Assembly (NCBI GenBank): GCA_963761705.1
Contig: CAVXHK010000001.1
Coordinates: forward strand, 1,283,140 to 1,347,139
DNA: 64,000 bases
Direction: 5' to 3'
Source of the DNA: an uncultured Verrucomicrobiae bacterium
Lineage (GTDB): Bacteria; Verrucomicrobiota; Verrucomicrobiia; Chthoniobacterales; JAATET01
Part shown: positions 49,840 through 59,388 of the stretch, one piece after another
Numbering within the stretch: the first letter of the stretch is position 1
Layout of the letters: each line of letters starts with the position of its first letter
Position numbers and translations under genes: made by a program
Notes under the pieces: model-generated
Told to the model about the DNA's origin: nothing
Database searches by the model: none
Seen by the model: the letters and a program-made list of their open reading frames with translations, nothing else

Positions 49840-50948
49840 ATGCGTTGGGTGCGGCAGTGCTTGGCTCCGAAGGCTTCGGCGAGATCGCGAGTGATCCGGT
49901 TGTCCTCGAGGATCCAGGCCAGCTCGATGGTCTGGAGGGCGGGGAAGTCGCGGCGGCGCTCCTGAATCGTGCGCAGCATGAGCGGATTGATTGGGTGCTG
50001 GCGAAACTCCGGCAGCGACCCGAGGAGGAGCACGCGGCAGCGGGTGACGCGGTGACGACCGGCGAGGAGTCGAAGTGCGCCGAGTGGACCGAGTCGTCCG
50101 TTGAGCTTGTGAAGGACCTCCGCCGGGTCCGGGACCGCGAGGAAGATCGCGGCGGGCTCGCCGAAGACGGTCACAACGTAGCCGAGCCGCTCGTCGAAAT
50201 ACGGACCCAGCTCACGCGCGGCCCGAACCAGGTCGGCGGGCAGAATGGGGAAGGCTCCCCAATTATCGTCCCATGACGCTGAGAAAACGCGGGCGAGCAA
50301 TTCCGCCTCGCGCTCGAGGCACGAGCGATCGAGCTGGCGGATCGCAACGGCGCTGCGTTTCACGTCCGCAAAGGTGCCCTCGTATTGAAATAAGGCCCGC
50401 TCCAGCGCGTCAAAGGTGAGGTGGTAGGTCAGAAGATCGCGGGCCTTGCGGTAGCCAGCGGACGTGAGGAGGTCGGCGTAGTGCGGCGGTGTGTAGCCGC
50501 TGAGTAACGACGGGCGGACGTTGGTGCCGAGGATCGTGATGCCCGCGGCGTCGTTGAGCGTGAAGCTGGTCGGGCCGCGGGCGACGGTGAGGCCGCGCTC
50601 GCGCAGCCAGCGCTCCGCCTCGGCGAGCAGGGCGTGGGCGACGCCGGGATCGTCGAGCGATTCGAAAAATCCGAAAAATCCAACGCCGTCCTGGTGGCGC
50701 GTGAGGTGGCGCTCGTTGCGGATGGCGGCGATGCGTCCGACGATCTCGCCGTCGCGGCGGGCGAGAAAAAACTCGGCGGTCGACCCGAAGCCGTCGGTGA
50801 AAAATGGTCCGCGCCGGGGGTCGATTTCGCGTCTCTGGTGCGACAAGGTCGGCGGCACCCATTGCGGGAAGTCGCGGTAGACGCGCCACGGAAATCGGAG
50901 AAATGCCCGGCGGTCCCGGTGGGTGCGAACGGGCGAGACGGTGAGCAT
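49818..50948 (-). CDS. GNAT-fold acyltransferase (376-aa family of unknown substrate)
   Basis: FLRFPWRVYRDFPQWVPP...IVGRIAAIRN...GFFGFFES. Convergent with the MMPL gene, overlapping it by 22 nt. Confidence 0.7.
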   Translation of the reverse strand: MLTVSPVRTHRDRRAFLRFPWRVYRDFPQWVPPTLSHQRREIDPRRGPFFTDGFGSTAEFFLARRDGEIVGRIAAIRNERHLTRHQDGVGFFGFFESLDDPGVAHALLAEAERWLRERGLTVARGPTSFTLNDAAGITILGTNVRPSLLSGYTPPHYADLLTSAGYRKARDLLTYHLTFDALERALFQYEGTFADVKRSAVAIRQLDRSCLEREAELLARVFSASWDDNWGAFPILPADLVRAARELGPYFDERLGYVVTVFGEPAAIFLAVPDPAEVLHKLNGRLGPLGALRLLAGRHRVTRCRVLLLGSLPEFRQHPINPLMLRTIQERRRDFPALQTIELAWILEDNRITRDLAEAFGAKHCRTQRIYDKFLD

Positions 50949-50996
50949 GCTTGGAAGGGAAGTTGACGCTGGAAGTCACTGTGTTTCGATGGGCGC

Positions 50997-52271
50997 GTGT
51001 CTGCGCGCAATCAATTATGGACGGGGATTTTGATCGGCACATCGCTTGGCATCGGGGTGACGACGCTGGTTTACCAGTCCCGCCCGAACCCGCTGGCTCC
51101 GTCTGTCGAGTCGGCGTCGCCAGAAGCGGTTGCGACCACTCTCCCGGTCGCCGGATCCGCGGAGGAGCCACTCAAACCAGTGCTTTCAAGCGTCGATCCG
51201 ACCGACCAGCGGTTGTCGTTTCGGGAGTTGCGGCGTGAGGCCGGGCGGTTGGCTTTGAGCGATCCCGAGGCGGCGCTGCGGGTGGCGATGGCGATACCCG
51301 GAACGGACAATCGCGAGGCATTTTTCGGCGAGGTCCTGCGCACTTGGGGAGAGACGGATGGACCGGGCGCGACGGCGTGGACAGCGGCAAATCTCGCGGG
51401 TGAGCAGCGCGGCGACGCCTTCTATTACATCGCCGACGGCTGGGCTGAATCCGAACCTCAAGCCGCGGCGGAGTGGTTCGCGCAGAACACGAGCGGCGTT
51501 GTGCTCGACGACGCGGCGTGGGAGATCCTCGAATCGTGGGGCCGCCAGGATCCCGAAGCGGCCGTCCGCTGGACTGAGACGCTCGACCCCTACGTGAAGC
51601 AGACCGCGATGCAGGGATTGGCCGAGGGCTGGGCAGCGGTGAGACCGGTCGCGGCGAAGGAGGCCGGCTTGCGGATGCTCGCGGCGGGCGAGCCGCACGC
51701 CGGGGAGTTTTTACAATCGGTTGCCTCGCAGTGGGGTGGTGCCGATCCGTTCGCCGCCGCTGATTGGGGCGTGACGCTGCCGGACGAACGTCTCCGCTCG
51801 GTGATCCTTGAAGAGGTCACCGACGTCTGGTCGCGGACCGACCCGCGTGCTGCAGCGACGTGGGTTGAGACCGTCGCCGATCCGGGCAGTCGACGCTTCG
51901 CCGAGGCCGGACTCGCGGCGGGATGGGGCGAGCACGATCCGGGTGCGGCGGTGGATTGGGCGTTGGAGAAGGGCACTGGCGGCGCGGAGGTCGGACCGAT
52001 CGTGAGCGATTGGGTTGAGATCGATCCGCGGGGAGCGACGCGCTGGATCGAGGAAAAGCCGCCGGGTCCGGGACGAGATGCCGCGCTCGAGGCCTTCACC
52101 GGCGCGATTATCGCCGATGAACCCCAGGCCGCCGTCGCGTGGGCCAAACAGATCGACGACCCCGCCCGCCGCCGGGCGCAGCTTGAGACGCTCACGGCGC
52201 GCTGGATTCAAGCGGACGGCGCAACGGCTGTCGAAGCGCTCCGCGAAATGAACCTGACTCCCGCCAATTGA
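50997..52271 (+). CDS. membrane-anchored helical-repeat protein (W-x-x-DP-x-AA-x-W repeats)
   Basis: 424 aa. GTG start, one N-terminal TM helix, and at least 8 repeat units. The stop overlaps the PKS TTG start (TTGA). Confidence 0.7.
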   Translation: MSARNQLWTGILIGTSLGIGVTTLVYQSRPNPLAPSVESASPEAVATTLPVAGSAEEPLKPVLSSVDPTDQRLSFRELRREAGRLALSDPEAALRVAMAIPGTDNREAFFGEVLRTWGETDGPGATAWTAANLAGEQRGDAFYYIADGWAESEPQAAAEWFAQNTSGVVLDDAAWEILESWGRQDPEAAVRWTETLDPYVKQTAMQGLAEGWAAVRPVAAKEAGLRMLAAGEPHAGEFLQSVASQWGGADPFAAADWGVTLPDERLRSVILEEVTDVWSRTDPRAAATWVETVADPGSRRFAEAGLAAGWGEHDPGAAVDWALEKGTGGAEVGPIVSDWVEIDPRGATRWIEEKPPGPGRDAALEAFTGAIIADEPQAAVAWAKQIDDPARRRAQLETLTARWIQADGATAVEALREMNLTPAN

Positions 52272-55200
52272 GTTCGCCCGCCGAGCCGCTGGCCATCGTC
52301 GGTATCTCGTGTCGGCTGCCCGGCGGGGTGGTCGACGCGGAGTCGTTCTGGGAGCTGCTGAGTGCGGGTCGCTCGGGAGTGACGGAAGTCCCGCCGGACC
52401 GCTGGAGTGCGGCGCGGTACCACTCGGCGGACGTCGCCGCGAGGGGGAAAATGGTGACACGCTGGGGAGGATTCGTGGATCAACTCGCGGAGTTCGATGC
52501 GGAATTTTTCGGCATCACGCCGCGCGAGGCTGCGCGGATGGACCCGCAGCAGCGTTGGTTGCTCGAGCTGGCCTGGGAGGCGCTCGAGGACGGCCTGGTT
52601 CCTCCCGCCACGTTGAGTGACTCGACGACGGGCGTGTTCGTTGGGCTGTCGAACAGCGACTACGGGCAGATCCAGCAGAAATTCGTGGAGCGGATCGACG
52701 GTTACACAAACAGCGGGAACTCGTTGAGCATCGCGGCGAACCGCATCTCGTATCAGTTCGACCTGCGCGGCCCGTCTGTCGCCGTCGACACCGCGTGTTC
52801 GTCGGGTCTCGTCGCCGTGAGTATGGCGTGCCAGCAGATCTGGTCGGGCGCGTGCGAGGCCGCGCTGGTTGGCGCGGCGAGCGTGATCATTCTGCCCGAT
52901 GGATCACTTGGTTTCAGCAAGGCTTCGATGCTGTCGCCTACGGGCCGGTGCGCCGCGTTCGACGCCCGCGCAGACGGTTACGTGCGGAGCGAGGGCGCGG
53001 GAATGATCTTCCTCAAACCCCTGGCGCGCGCCCTGGCGGACGGCAATCCCGTGCGAGCGGTGATCCGCTCGTGCGTGGTGAATCAGGACGGACGGACGTC
53101 GTCCATGACCGTGCCGCGACTCGATTCGCAACGCGAATTGGTTGAGGCCGCGCTCGCTGCAGCCGGCGTCGCGTCGGATCGCGTCGGCTACGTCGAGGCG
53201 CATGGCACCGGCACGCCGGTCGGCGATCCCATTGAGGCGCGGGCGCTCGGCGCGGCGCTTTCGCCGGGCCGGGCGCCCGACGCGCCGTGTCTCATCGGCT
53301 CGGCGAAGTCGAATCTTGGCCACCTCGAGACCGCCGCCGGCCTCGCGGGCATCATCAAGGCGGCGCTCGTCCTCGAGCATCGGCGGGTCCCGCCGAGCCT
53401 CCATTTTTCGATCCCGAACCCGCACATTCCCTTCGACGAGTTGCGGCTCCGGGTCGCGACGGAGATGACCGATCTGCCGGTCGGTGAAGACGGTCGGGCC
53501 TTTGTCGCGGTGAATTCCTTTGGCTTCGGCGGGACGAACGCCCACGCGCTGCTCGAGGCGGCGCCCCCGTTCGAGCCACCCCCATCGGTCGAGATCGTGC
53601 GACCGCTTCTCGTCCCGGTCTCGGCGAGATCTCCGGCGGCGCTCGCCGAGCAGGAGATTTGGCTGCGCGATCGCATCGCCGAGTCGCCGGGCGAGGTCGC
53701 CGTCGCCGCCGCCACCGGGCGCGACCACCTCGAGCACCGGTCGGTTCTCGGAGGGGACGGCGAGGGCAAGATCGCCACCGGGCGAGCGGCGGTCGGAGCT
53801 GACGCGCGACCGGTCTTTGTTTTCACCGGTCAGGGCGTGCAGTGGTGTGCGATGGGGCAGGGCTTGCTGGAGCGCGAACCGGTTTTTCGCGAAGCGGTGC
53901 TGGAAATCGACGTTCGTTTGCAAGGAATCTCGCTGCTCGACGAGTTGAGGAAGGCCGAGGCAGCGTCGCGGATCCACGACACTGAGGTCGCGCAACCCGC
54001 TCTATTCGCCGTGCAGGTTGGCCTCGTAGCGTTGTGGGCATCTTGGGGCGTGCGGCCCGCCGCGGTCGTCGGACACAGTGTCGGCGAGGTGGCCGCCGCG
54101 CACGCCGTCGGGATCCTCTCGCTCGACGATGCCGTGGCTCTTGTCCGCCACCGGAGTCGATTGCAGGGGACGACCGGCGGTCGGGGGCGGATGGTGGTCG
54201 TGGGGCTGTCCGAGGAGCAGGCCCACGCGCGCCTCGTCGAAGGCGTGGAGATCGCCGCGATCAACGGGCCAAGCTTGATCACGCTGGCGGGCGACACGCG
54301 ACCGCTCGAAGCGGTCGTTGGCGGGGTCGAGACCGACGGAATTTTTGTCCGTTGGCTCCCGATCGATTACGCTTTTCACACCCACCAGATGGACCCGATC
54401 GCGGACGAATTGCGGGTCGCGCTGCGTGATCTCGAGCCCCGTGATGCCTCCGTTCCGTTCGTCTCGACGGTCGATGGGCGCGAGTTGCCGGGCGCCGCGC
54501 TCGACGCCGAATACTGGTGGCGGAACGTCCGCGAGCCGGTGCGGTTCGGTGCCGTCATCGAAGCGCTGGTCGCAGAGGGACGGCGAACGTTTCTCGAGAT
54601 CGGTCCGCACCCGGCGCTCGCTTCGGCGATCCGCGAGGGCTGCGCGGCTCGGGGCGTGAGCGGGCACATTCTGCATTCGCTGCGGCGTGAGACCGACGAT
54701 TCGACCGAGCTGGCGCGGAATCTCGCCGGGCTGCACGTTGTTGGCGCGGACGTCGACTGGCGGGCCTATCTGCCGAAGGTTGCCGGGCCGCGGGTTCGGC
54801 TGCCGCTCTACGCGTGGCAGCGCAAGTCGTTTTGGCAGGAAGCCCCGGAGGCGCGGCGGCAGCGGGTCGGGGACTTGGTTCATCCGTTGCTCGGAATACC
54901 GGTGGCCGGGCCGGCGGCGCGGTGGGAGTTTTTGCTCGATCCGCGGAGCTTTCCCTACCTGAGCGATCATCAATTCTGGCAGCGGATCGTCTTCCCCGCG
55001 GCGGGGCACATCGAGATCGGGTTGGCCGTCGGTCGGGCGCAATTTCCCGACGTGGTTTTCGCATTGGAGGAGATCGAGATCCGGCGCGTCCTTTTCGTCT
55101 CGACCGGATACCCGCCGACGATTCGGGTGGAATTTGACGCCGACGATCGCCGCTACCGCGTCTTCGGCAAACGGATCGACGACGAGACGTGGACGCTTCA

Positions 55201-58200
55201 CGCCACGGGCCGGGTGGTCCCGCAACCCGCGACGCCGCGCCCGCCGGTGGCGCTCGGCCCGATCCGTAACTCTCTGCCGAAACACTCGGCGCACTGGGAT
55301 TGTTACGAGCGGTTTCGGGGCGATGGGTATGACTTTGGTCCGGCTTTTCAACGGATCGAGCAGGTCTGGCACGGGCCGAATGAATCCCTGGCCGAAGTCA
55401 TCGCTCGCCCCACTTTGGTGTCGGACGGATATCACTTCCATCCGGTGCTCATTGACTCGGGCTTTCAAGCGTTGCTTGCCGCCGCCGGGGGGGGCGCCGA
55501 CCCGGATCGGGGGGGGCATTTTTTGCCCGCTGTGATCGGACGATTCGAATTCGATGCCGCCGAGCCGCCGCGGCGATTCTGGATTCACGCCCGGATCACC
55601 GCGACGGCGAAGGAGCGGATGAGCGGTGAGTTGCAATTCCTCGATGGCGAGGGGATGCCGTTCGGCCGCATCGTCGGAATCGAATTGAACTGGGTGCGCG
55701 GTCAATCGGAGTCGGCGACCGCCGGCGATTGTTTCTACTCGTTGGAATGGGAGGATGCCCCCGAGTTGGTTGAAGTGGCGGAGAGGCCGCGGGTGCGGCT
55801 GGTCGACGATCGCGGTGGCGTGGCCGAGCGGCTCGCCGCGGAGCTGGGGGCGCGCGGAGTCGTCGTGACGCGGGGCGCGATCGGCGAGCCCGACGACGAC
55901 ACGGTGATCGTCGACCTGTCGGCGCTGGATCATCCGGCGGACGCCGCACTGGACGCGACCCGTCTCGGGGAGGCGCAGGCAACGGGTGTCAACGGGCTGC
56001 TCAACGTCGCGCGGACGCTGCAAAGCCGAGAGATGACCGGGCGCGTCTGGTGCGTCGCCGGGTGCTCGGCGGCGGGGGTCGCGCGGCTCGCGTCCGCGCC
56101 AGTGATCGGATTCTTGCGGGTAGCGGCGAACGAATTGCCCAGCGTCGCGTGGACCCTCGCGCTGCTGGAATCGACGGACGACCTCCCGGCGCTCGCGGAT
56201 CGGATCCTGGCGGGCGGCGGGGAGAGCGAGGTTGCGTTTTTTTGCGGACGGACGCACGTGCGGCGGCTGCGACGCGTTCGCGAGACCGACCTACTGCGGC
56301 GGACGCGTAGCGCCGATAAGTTGGTGCCCTTTCGACTTGAGAACGAGCGGCCCGGCACGCTCGAGCGGCTCGTCGTGAACGAGACCGCCCGGTGCGAACT
56401 GGCCCCGGACGAAGTCGAAGTCCGGGTCCAAGCGGCCGGCATCAATTTCCGAGATCTGATGAAGTTGCTCGGTGTCTACCCCGGTGAGTGGGGTGAAAAC
56501 GAACGGCTGGGCGATGACTTTGCCGGGGTCGTGCTCGGCGTCGGTGTTGGCGTGACCGATCTCCGCGCGGGAGACGAGGTGGTGGGGATGGCGGAGAAGT
56601 GCTTTCAGTCGCACGTCGTCGCGAATCGTGGGTTGGTCTTTCGCAAGCCGGCGGCGCTCTCCTTCGCGGAGGCGGCTTCGTTGCCGACTGTCTTCCTGAC
56701 TGCGCACCACGCGCTGGTGGAGGTCGGGAGGCTGCGGGCGGGTGAGTCGATTCTCATTCACGCGGCGGCGGGCGGGGTCGGGTTGGCGGCGATTCAGGTC
56801 GCGCGCCGGTTGGGACTCGAGATTTTCGCGACTGCGGGGTCGCCGGAGAAGCGGAAGTTGCTGCGCGGACTCGGGATCGCGCACGTGTTGGATTCGCGAT
56901 CTTTGGCGTTCGCGGAGGAGATCCCGCGAATCACGGGCGGGCGTGGCGTCGACGCGGTGCTCAATTCGTTGTCGGGCGAATTCATCCCGAAAAGTCTGTC
57001 CGTCCTCGCGCCGTTCGGGCGGTTTCTGGAGATCGGGAAGGTCGACATTTTTGCGAGGCGGATGCTTGGCCTCCACGCGCTGCGGAACAACGCGACCTAC
57101 GCGGTGATCGACGTCGGCCAACTCCTCGCCGAGCGGCCCGAAGGCGCGGGTGGGTTGATCGAAGAGCTGGGCCGTGCGTTCACCGACGGCGTCTACCGGC
57201 CCAATCCGGTGCGGGTTTTCCCGGTGGGCGACGCGGCGGAGGCCTTCCGCGAGATGTCGCGCGGCGGGCACGTCGGCAAGCTGGTTCTGGATTTTTCGCC
57301 GGAGGATCTTGTGGTCGGGAGGACGAATGACTTCGGGCGATCGGGTGCGATCCTCATCTCCGGCGGCGCTCGGGGCATGGGCTTTGAGGTCGCGAAATGG
57401 CTGGCGCAAAACGGCGCGCGCAACCTCGCGCTCCTGAGCCGAAGCGGTCCGGGTGACGACGCGGTGCGGGCAGGCATCGAAGGGATGCAGGCCGAGGGCG
57501 TGGGGGTCGCCGACCTGCGCGTGGACGTGACCGACGCCAACGCGGTCGCGGAAGCCGTCCGCGAGGTCGAAGCGACGATGGGTCCGATCGTCGGCGTCGT
57601 CCACGCGGCGATGGCGCTCGACGATCGATTTATCGCGGACTTCGATGAGGCGTCCTTCTCGTCGGCGCTCGATCCGAAGATGCTCGGGGCTTGGAATCTG
57701 CACGCCGCCACGTCGCACCGGGAGCTGGAGTTTTTCGTGGGATTCTCGTCGTTCTCGGCCGTGGTGGGTTCGATCCGGCAGGCAAATTACGCGGCGGGTA
57801 ACGCATTCCTCGACGAGCTCGCGCGCCACCGCCGCTCGCTTGGCCTGGCGGCACTCTCGGTCAATTGGGGGGCAATCGTCGGAGCGGGCTTCGTGCAGCG
57901 AAACGAAAAGACGCGCACCTACCTTGAGTCCATCGGCATCGAGCCGTTCTCAGTCGATGAGGCGATGAATCTGCTCGAACGATTGCTCACGAGGGACGTT
58001 GCGGGCATCACGGCGGCACGAGTGGATTGGGCGTCGTTGCTGCGGCTGCTGCCGGGGTTGGGTCGCAGGAATCTCTACTCGCCGGTGACGGAAGTGATCG
58101 GCCGCGGCGGCGCTGGCGGCTCGATGCGGGCGCTCATTTTGGCCGTCCCGGCGGATCAGCAGCGGAGGCTGATTGAGGACCTCATCGCCCGGGAAGTCGC

Positions 58201-58423
58201 GGCGGTCTTCGGCGCGGACGGAAGCTCGCTGGATCGGGAGACGCCGGTCAGCCAGCTCGGGTTGGACTCGATCATGGCCATCGAACTTCTCAACCGGATC
58301 GAGGGCGAGCTGGGAATCGCTTTTCCCATGGGGAGCGTGCTCAACGGCCCGTCGATCCAGCAACTCGCCGGGCCGGTGCTCGCGGCCCTGCGCGACTCGG
58401 AGCAGCCCGAGGTCGAGGGATGA
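52268..58423 (+). CDS. type I polyketide synthase, single fully reducing module KS-AT-DH-ER-KR-ACP
   Basis: Approximate domain coordinates and motifs: KS ~52283-53560 (DTACSSGL, HGTGT, NLGH). AT ~53810-54790 (GHSVGE, YAFHT). DH ~54875-55700 (HPLLG..P, LIDSGFQ). Structural psiKR ~55720-56300. ER ~56330-57295 (HAAAGGVG). KR ~57345-57900 (GGARGMG, LDD, YAAGN). ACP ~58170-58390 (LGLDSI). No TE or R domain. Confidence 0.95.
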   Translation: MSSPAEPLAIVGISCRLPGGVVDAESFWELLSAGRSGVTEVPPDRWSAARYHSADVAARGKMVTRWGGFVDQLAEFDAEFFGITPREAARMDPQQRWLLELAWEALEDGLVPPATLSDSTTGVFVGLSNSDYGQIQQKFVERIDGYTNSGNSLSIAANRISYQFDLRGPSVAVDTACSSGLVAVSMACQQIWSGACEAALVGAASVIILPDGSLGFSKASMLSPTGRCAAFDARADGYVRSEGAGMIFLKPLARALADGNPVRAVIRSCVVNQDGRTSSMTVPRLDSQRELVEAALAAAGVASDRVGYVEAHGTGTPVGDPIEARALGAALSPGRAPDAPCLIGSAKSNLGHLETAAGLAGIIKAALVLEHRRVPPSLHFSIPNPHIPFDELRLRVATEMTDLPVGEDGRAFVAVNSFGFGGTNAHALLEAAPPFEPPPSVEIVRPLLVPVSARSPAALAEQEIWLRDRIAESPGEVAVAAATGRDHLEHRSVLGGDGEGKIATGRAAVGADARPVFVFTGQGVQWCAMGQGLLEREPVFREAVLEIDVRLQGISLLDELRKAEAASRIHDTEVAQPALFAVQVGLVALWASWGVRPAAVVGHSVGEVAAAHAVGILSLDDAVALVRHRSRLQGTTGGRGRMVVVGLSEEQAHARLVEGVEIAAINGPSLITLAGDTRPLEAVVGGVETDGIFVRWLPIDYAFHTHQMDPIADELRVALRDLEPRDASVPFVSTVDGRELPGAALDAEYWWRNVREPVRFGAVIEALVAEGRRTFLEIGPHPALASAIREGCAARGVSGHILHSLRRETDDSTELARNLAGLHVVGADVDWRAYLPKVAGPRVRLPLYAWQRKSFWQEAPEARRQRVGDLVHPLLGIPVAGPAARWEFLLDPRSFPYLSDHQFWQRIVFPAAGHIEIGLAVGRAQFPDVVFALEEIEIRRVLFVSTGYPPTIRVEFDADDRRYRVFGKRIDDETWTLHATGRVVPQPATPRPPVALGPIRNSLPKHSAHWDCYERFRGDGYDFGPAFQRIEQVWHGPNESLAEVIARPTLVSDGYHFHPVLIDSGFQALLAAAGGGADPDRGGHFLPAVIGRFEFDAAEPPRRFWIHARITATAKERMSGELQFLDGEGMPFGRIVGIELNWVRGQSESATAGDCFYSLEWEDAPELVEVAERPRVRLVDDRGGVAERLAAELGARGVVVTRGAIGEPDDDTVIVDLSALDHPADAALDATRLGEAQATGVNGLLNVARTLQSREMTGRVWCVAGCSAAGVARLASAPVIGFLRVAANELPSVAWTLALLESTDDLPALADRILAGGGESEVAFFCGRTHVRRLRRVRETDLLRRTRSADKLVPFRLENERPGTLERLVVNETARCELAPDEVEVRVQAAGINFRDLMKLLGVYPGEWGENERLGDDFAGVVLGVGVGVTDLRAGDEVVGMAEKCFQSHVVANRGLVFRKPAALSFAEAASLPTVFLTAHHALVEVGRLRAGESILIHAAAGGVGLAAIQVARRLGLEIFATAGSPEKRKLLRGLGIAHVLDSRSLAFAEEIPRITGGRGVDAVLNSLSGEFIPKSLSVLAPFGRFLEIGKVDIFARRMLGLHALRNNATYAVIDVGQLLAERPEGAGGLIEELGRAFTDGVYRPNPVRVFPVGDAAEAFREMSRGGHVGKLVLDFSPEDLVVGRTNDFGRSGAILISGGARGMGFEVAKWLAQNGARNLALLSRSGPGDDAVRAGIEGMQAEGVGVADLRVDVTDANAVAEAVREVEATMGPIVGVVHAAMALDDRFIADFDEASFSSALDPKMLGAWNLHAATSHRELEFFVGFSSFSAVVGSIRQANYAAGNAFLDELARHRRSLGLAALSVNWGAIVGAGFVQRNEKTRTYLESIGIEPFSVDEAMNLLERLLTRDVAGITAARVDWASLLRLLPGLGRRNLYSPVTEVIGRGGAGGSMRALILAVPADQQRRLIEDLIAREVAAVFGADGSSLDRETPVSQLGLDSIMAIELLNRIEGELGIAFPMGSVLNGPSIQQLAGPVLAALRDSEQPEVEG

Positions 58424-59388
58424 TGTCGACCACGCTCGTCACCGGAGCGACTGGGCTGCTCGGCAACAACGTCGTCCGCGCCCTCCTCGGGCGCGGAGCA
58501 TCCGTGCGCGTTCTGGTGCGCGATCGTGCCGACCCGCGTCCGCTCGCCGGACTGGACGTCGAGGTCCGCCGGGGTGACGTGCGGGATGCGGCGGCGGTGG
58601 AGGCGGCGTGTCGGGGTGCGGAGGTCGTGGTCCACGCGGCGGCGAAGGTCGGGATCGGTAGCGTCGGATTGGCGAGCTATCGCGAGGTCAACGTGGGAGG
58701 AACGGAGAACGTCCGTCGCGCCGTCATGCGGCACGGGAGTCGCCTCATTCACGTGTCGACGTCGGACACCGTCGCGAGCTCCGCGCACGGCGAACCGGCG
58801 GACGAGACCGCGTCGTTCGACGCGACGCACACCACGGCCTACAGCGTGAGTAAATGGGAAGCGGAGGCCTTGGCCGCAGATGCGGTGATCGTGAACCCGG
58901 GATTCTTGCTGGGACCGTGGGATTGGAAACCGTCCTCCGGGCGGATGCTACTGGCGATCTCCCGCGGCCAGGGATTGCTCGCGCCGCGCGGCCACGGAAG
59001 CTTTGTCGATGCGCGGGACGTGGCGGCGGCGATCCTCGCCGCGGCGGAGCGAGGGCGGGCGGGGCAACGTTATTTGTTGACGGGCGAACGACTTGCCTGG
59101 GTGGACGCGTGGAGTTTGTTTGCGGATGTGACCGGCGGTCGCGCGCCTCGGGGCCGGGTCTGGCCGCTGGCCGCGTGGATCGGCGGTCGGTCGGGCGACC
59201 TCATCGCGAAATTCACCGGGCGGGAGCCGGATGTGAATTCCGCCGCGTTGCGGTCGGCTCTCCGTCCGTCACGATTTTCGAGTCGCCTCGCCGAGGAGGA
59301 GCTGGGATTCCGTCGCCGCCCGTTGCGGGAGACGGTGGTGGACGCGTGGGCGTGGTTCGAGGCGCGGGCGAAAAATCAGCGCCAGTAG
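58420..59388 (+). CDS. NAD(P)-dependent SDR of the epimerase/dehydratase-reductase fold
   Basis: 322 aa; VTGATGLLGNNVV Rossmann motif and YSVSK catalytic pair. The ATG overlaps the PKS stop (ATGA). Confidence 0.85.
   Translation: MMSTTLVTGATGLLGNNVVRALLGRGASVRVLVRDRADPRPLAGLDVEVRRGDVRDAAAVEAACRGAEVVVHAAAKVGIGSVGLASYREVNVGGTENVRRAVMRHGSRLIHVSTSDTVASSAHGEPADETASFDATHTTAYSVSKWEAEALAADAVIVNPGFLLGPWDWKPSSGRMLLAISRGQGLLAPRGHGSFVDARDVAAAILAAAERGRAGQRYLLTGERLAWVDAWSLFADVTGGRAPRGRVWPLAAWIGGRSGDLIAKFTGREPDVNSAALRSALRPSRFSSRLAEEELGFRRRPLRETVVDAWAWFEARAKNQRQ

Noticed and set aside
54002-57829. 751-aa and 512-aa minus-strand ORFs inside the PKS gene
   Set aside because: Antisense to a PKS whose every domain is recognisable. 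Arg/Pro-rich shadow frames.
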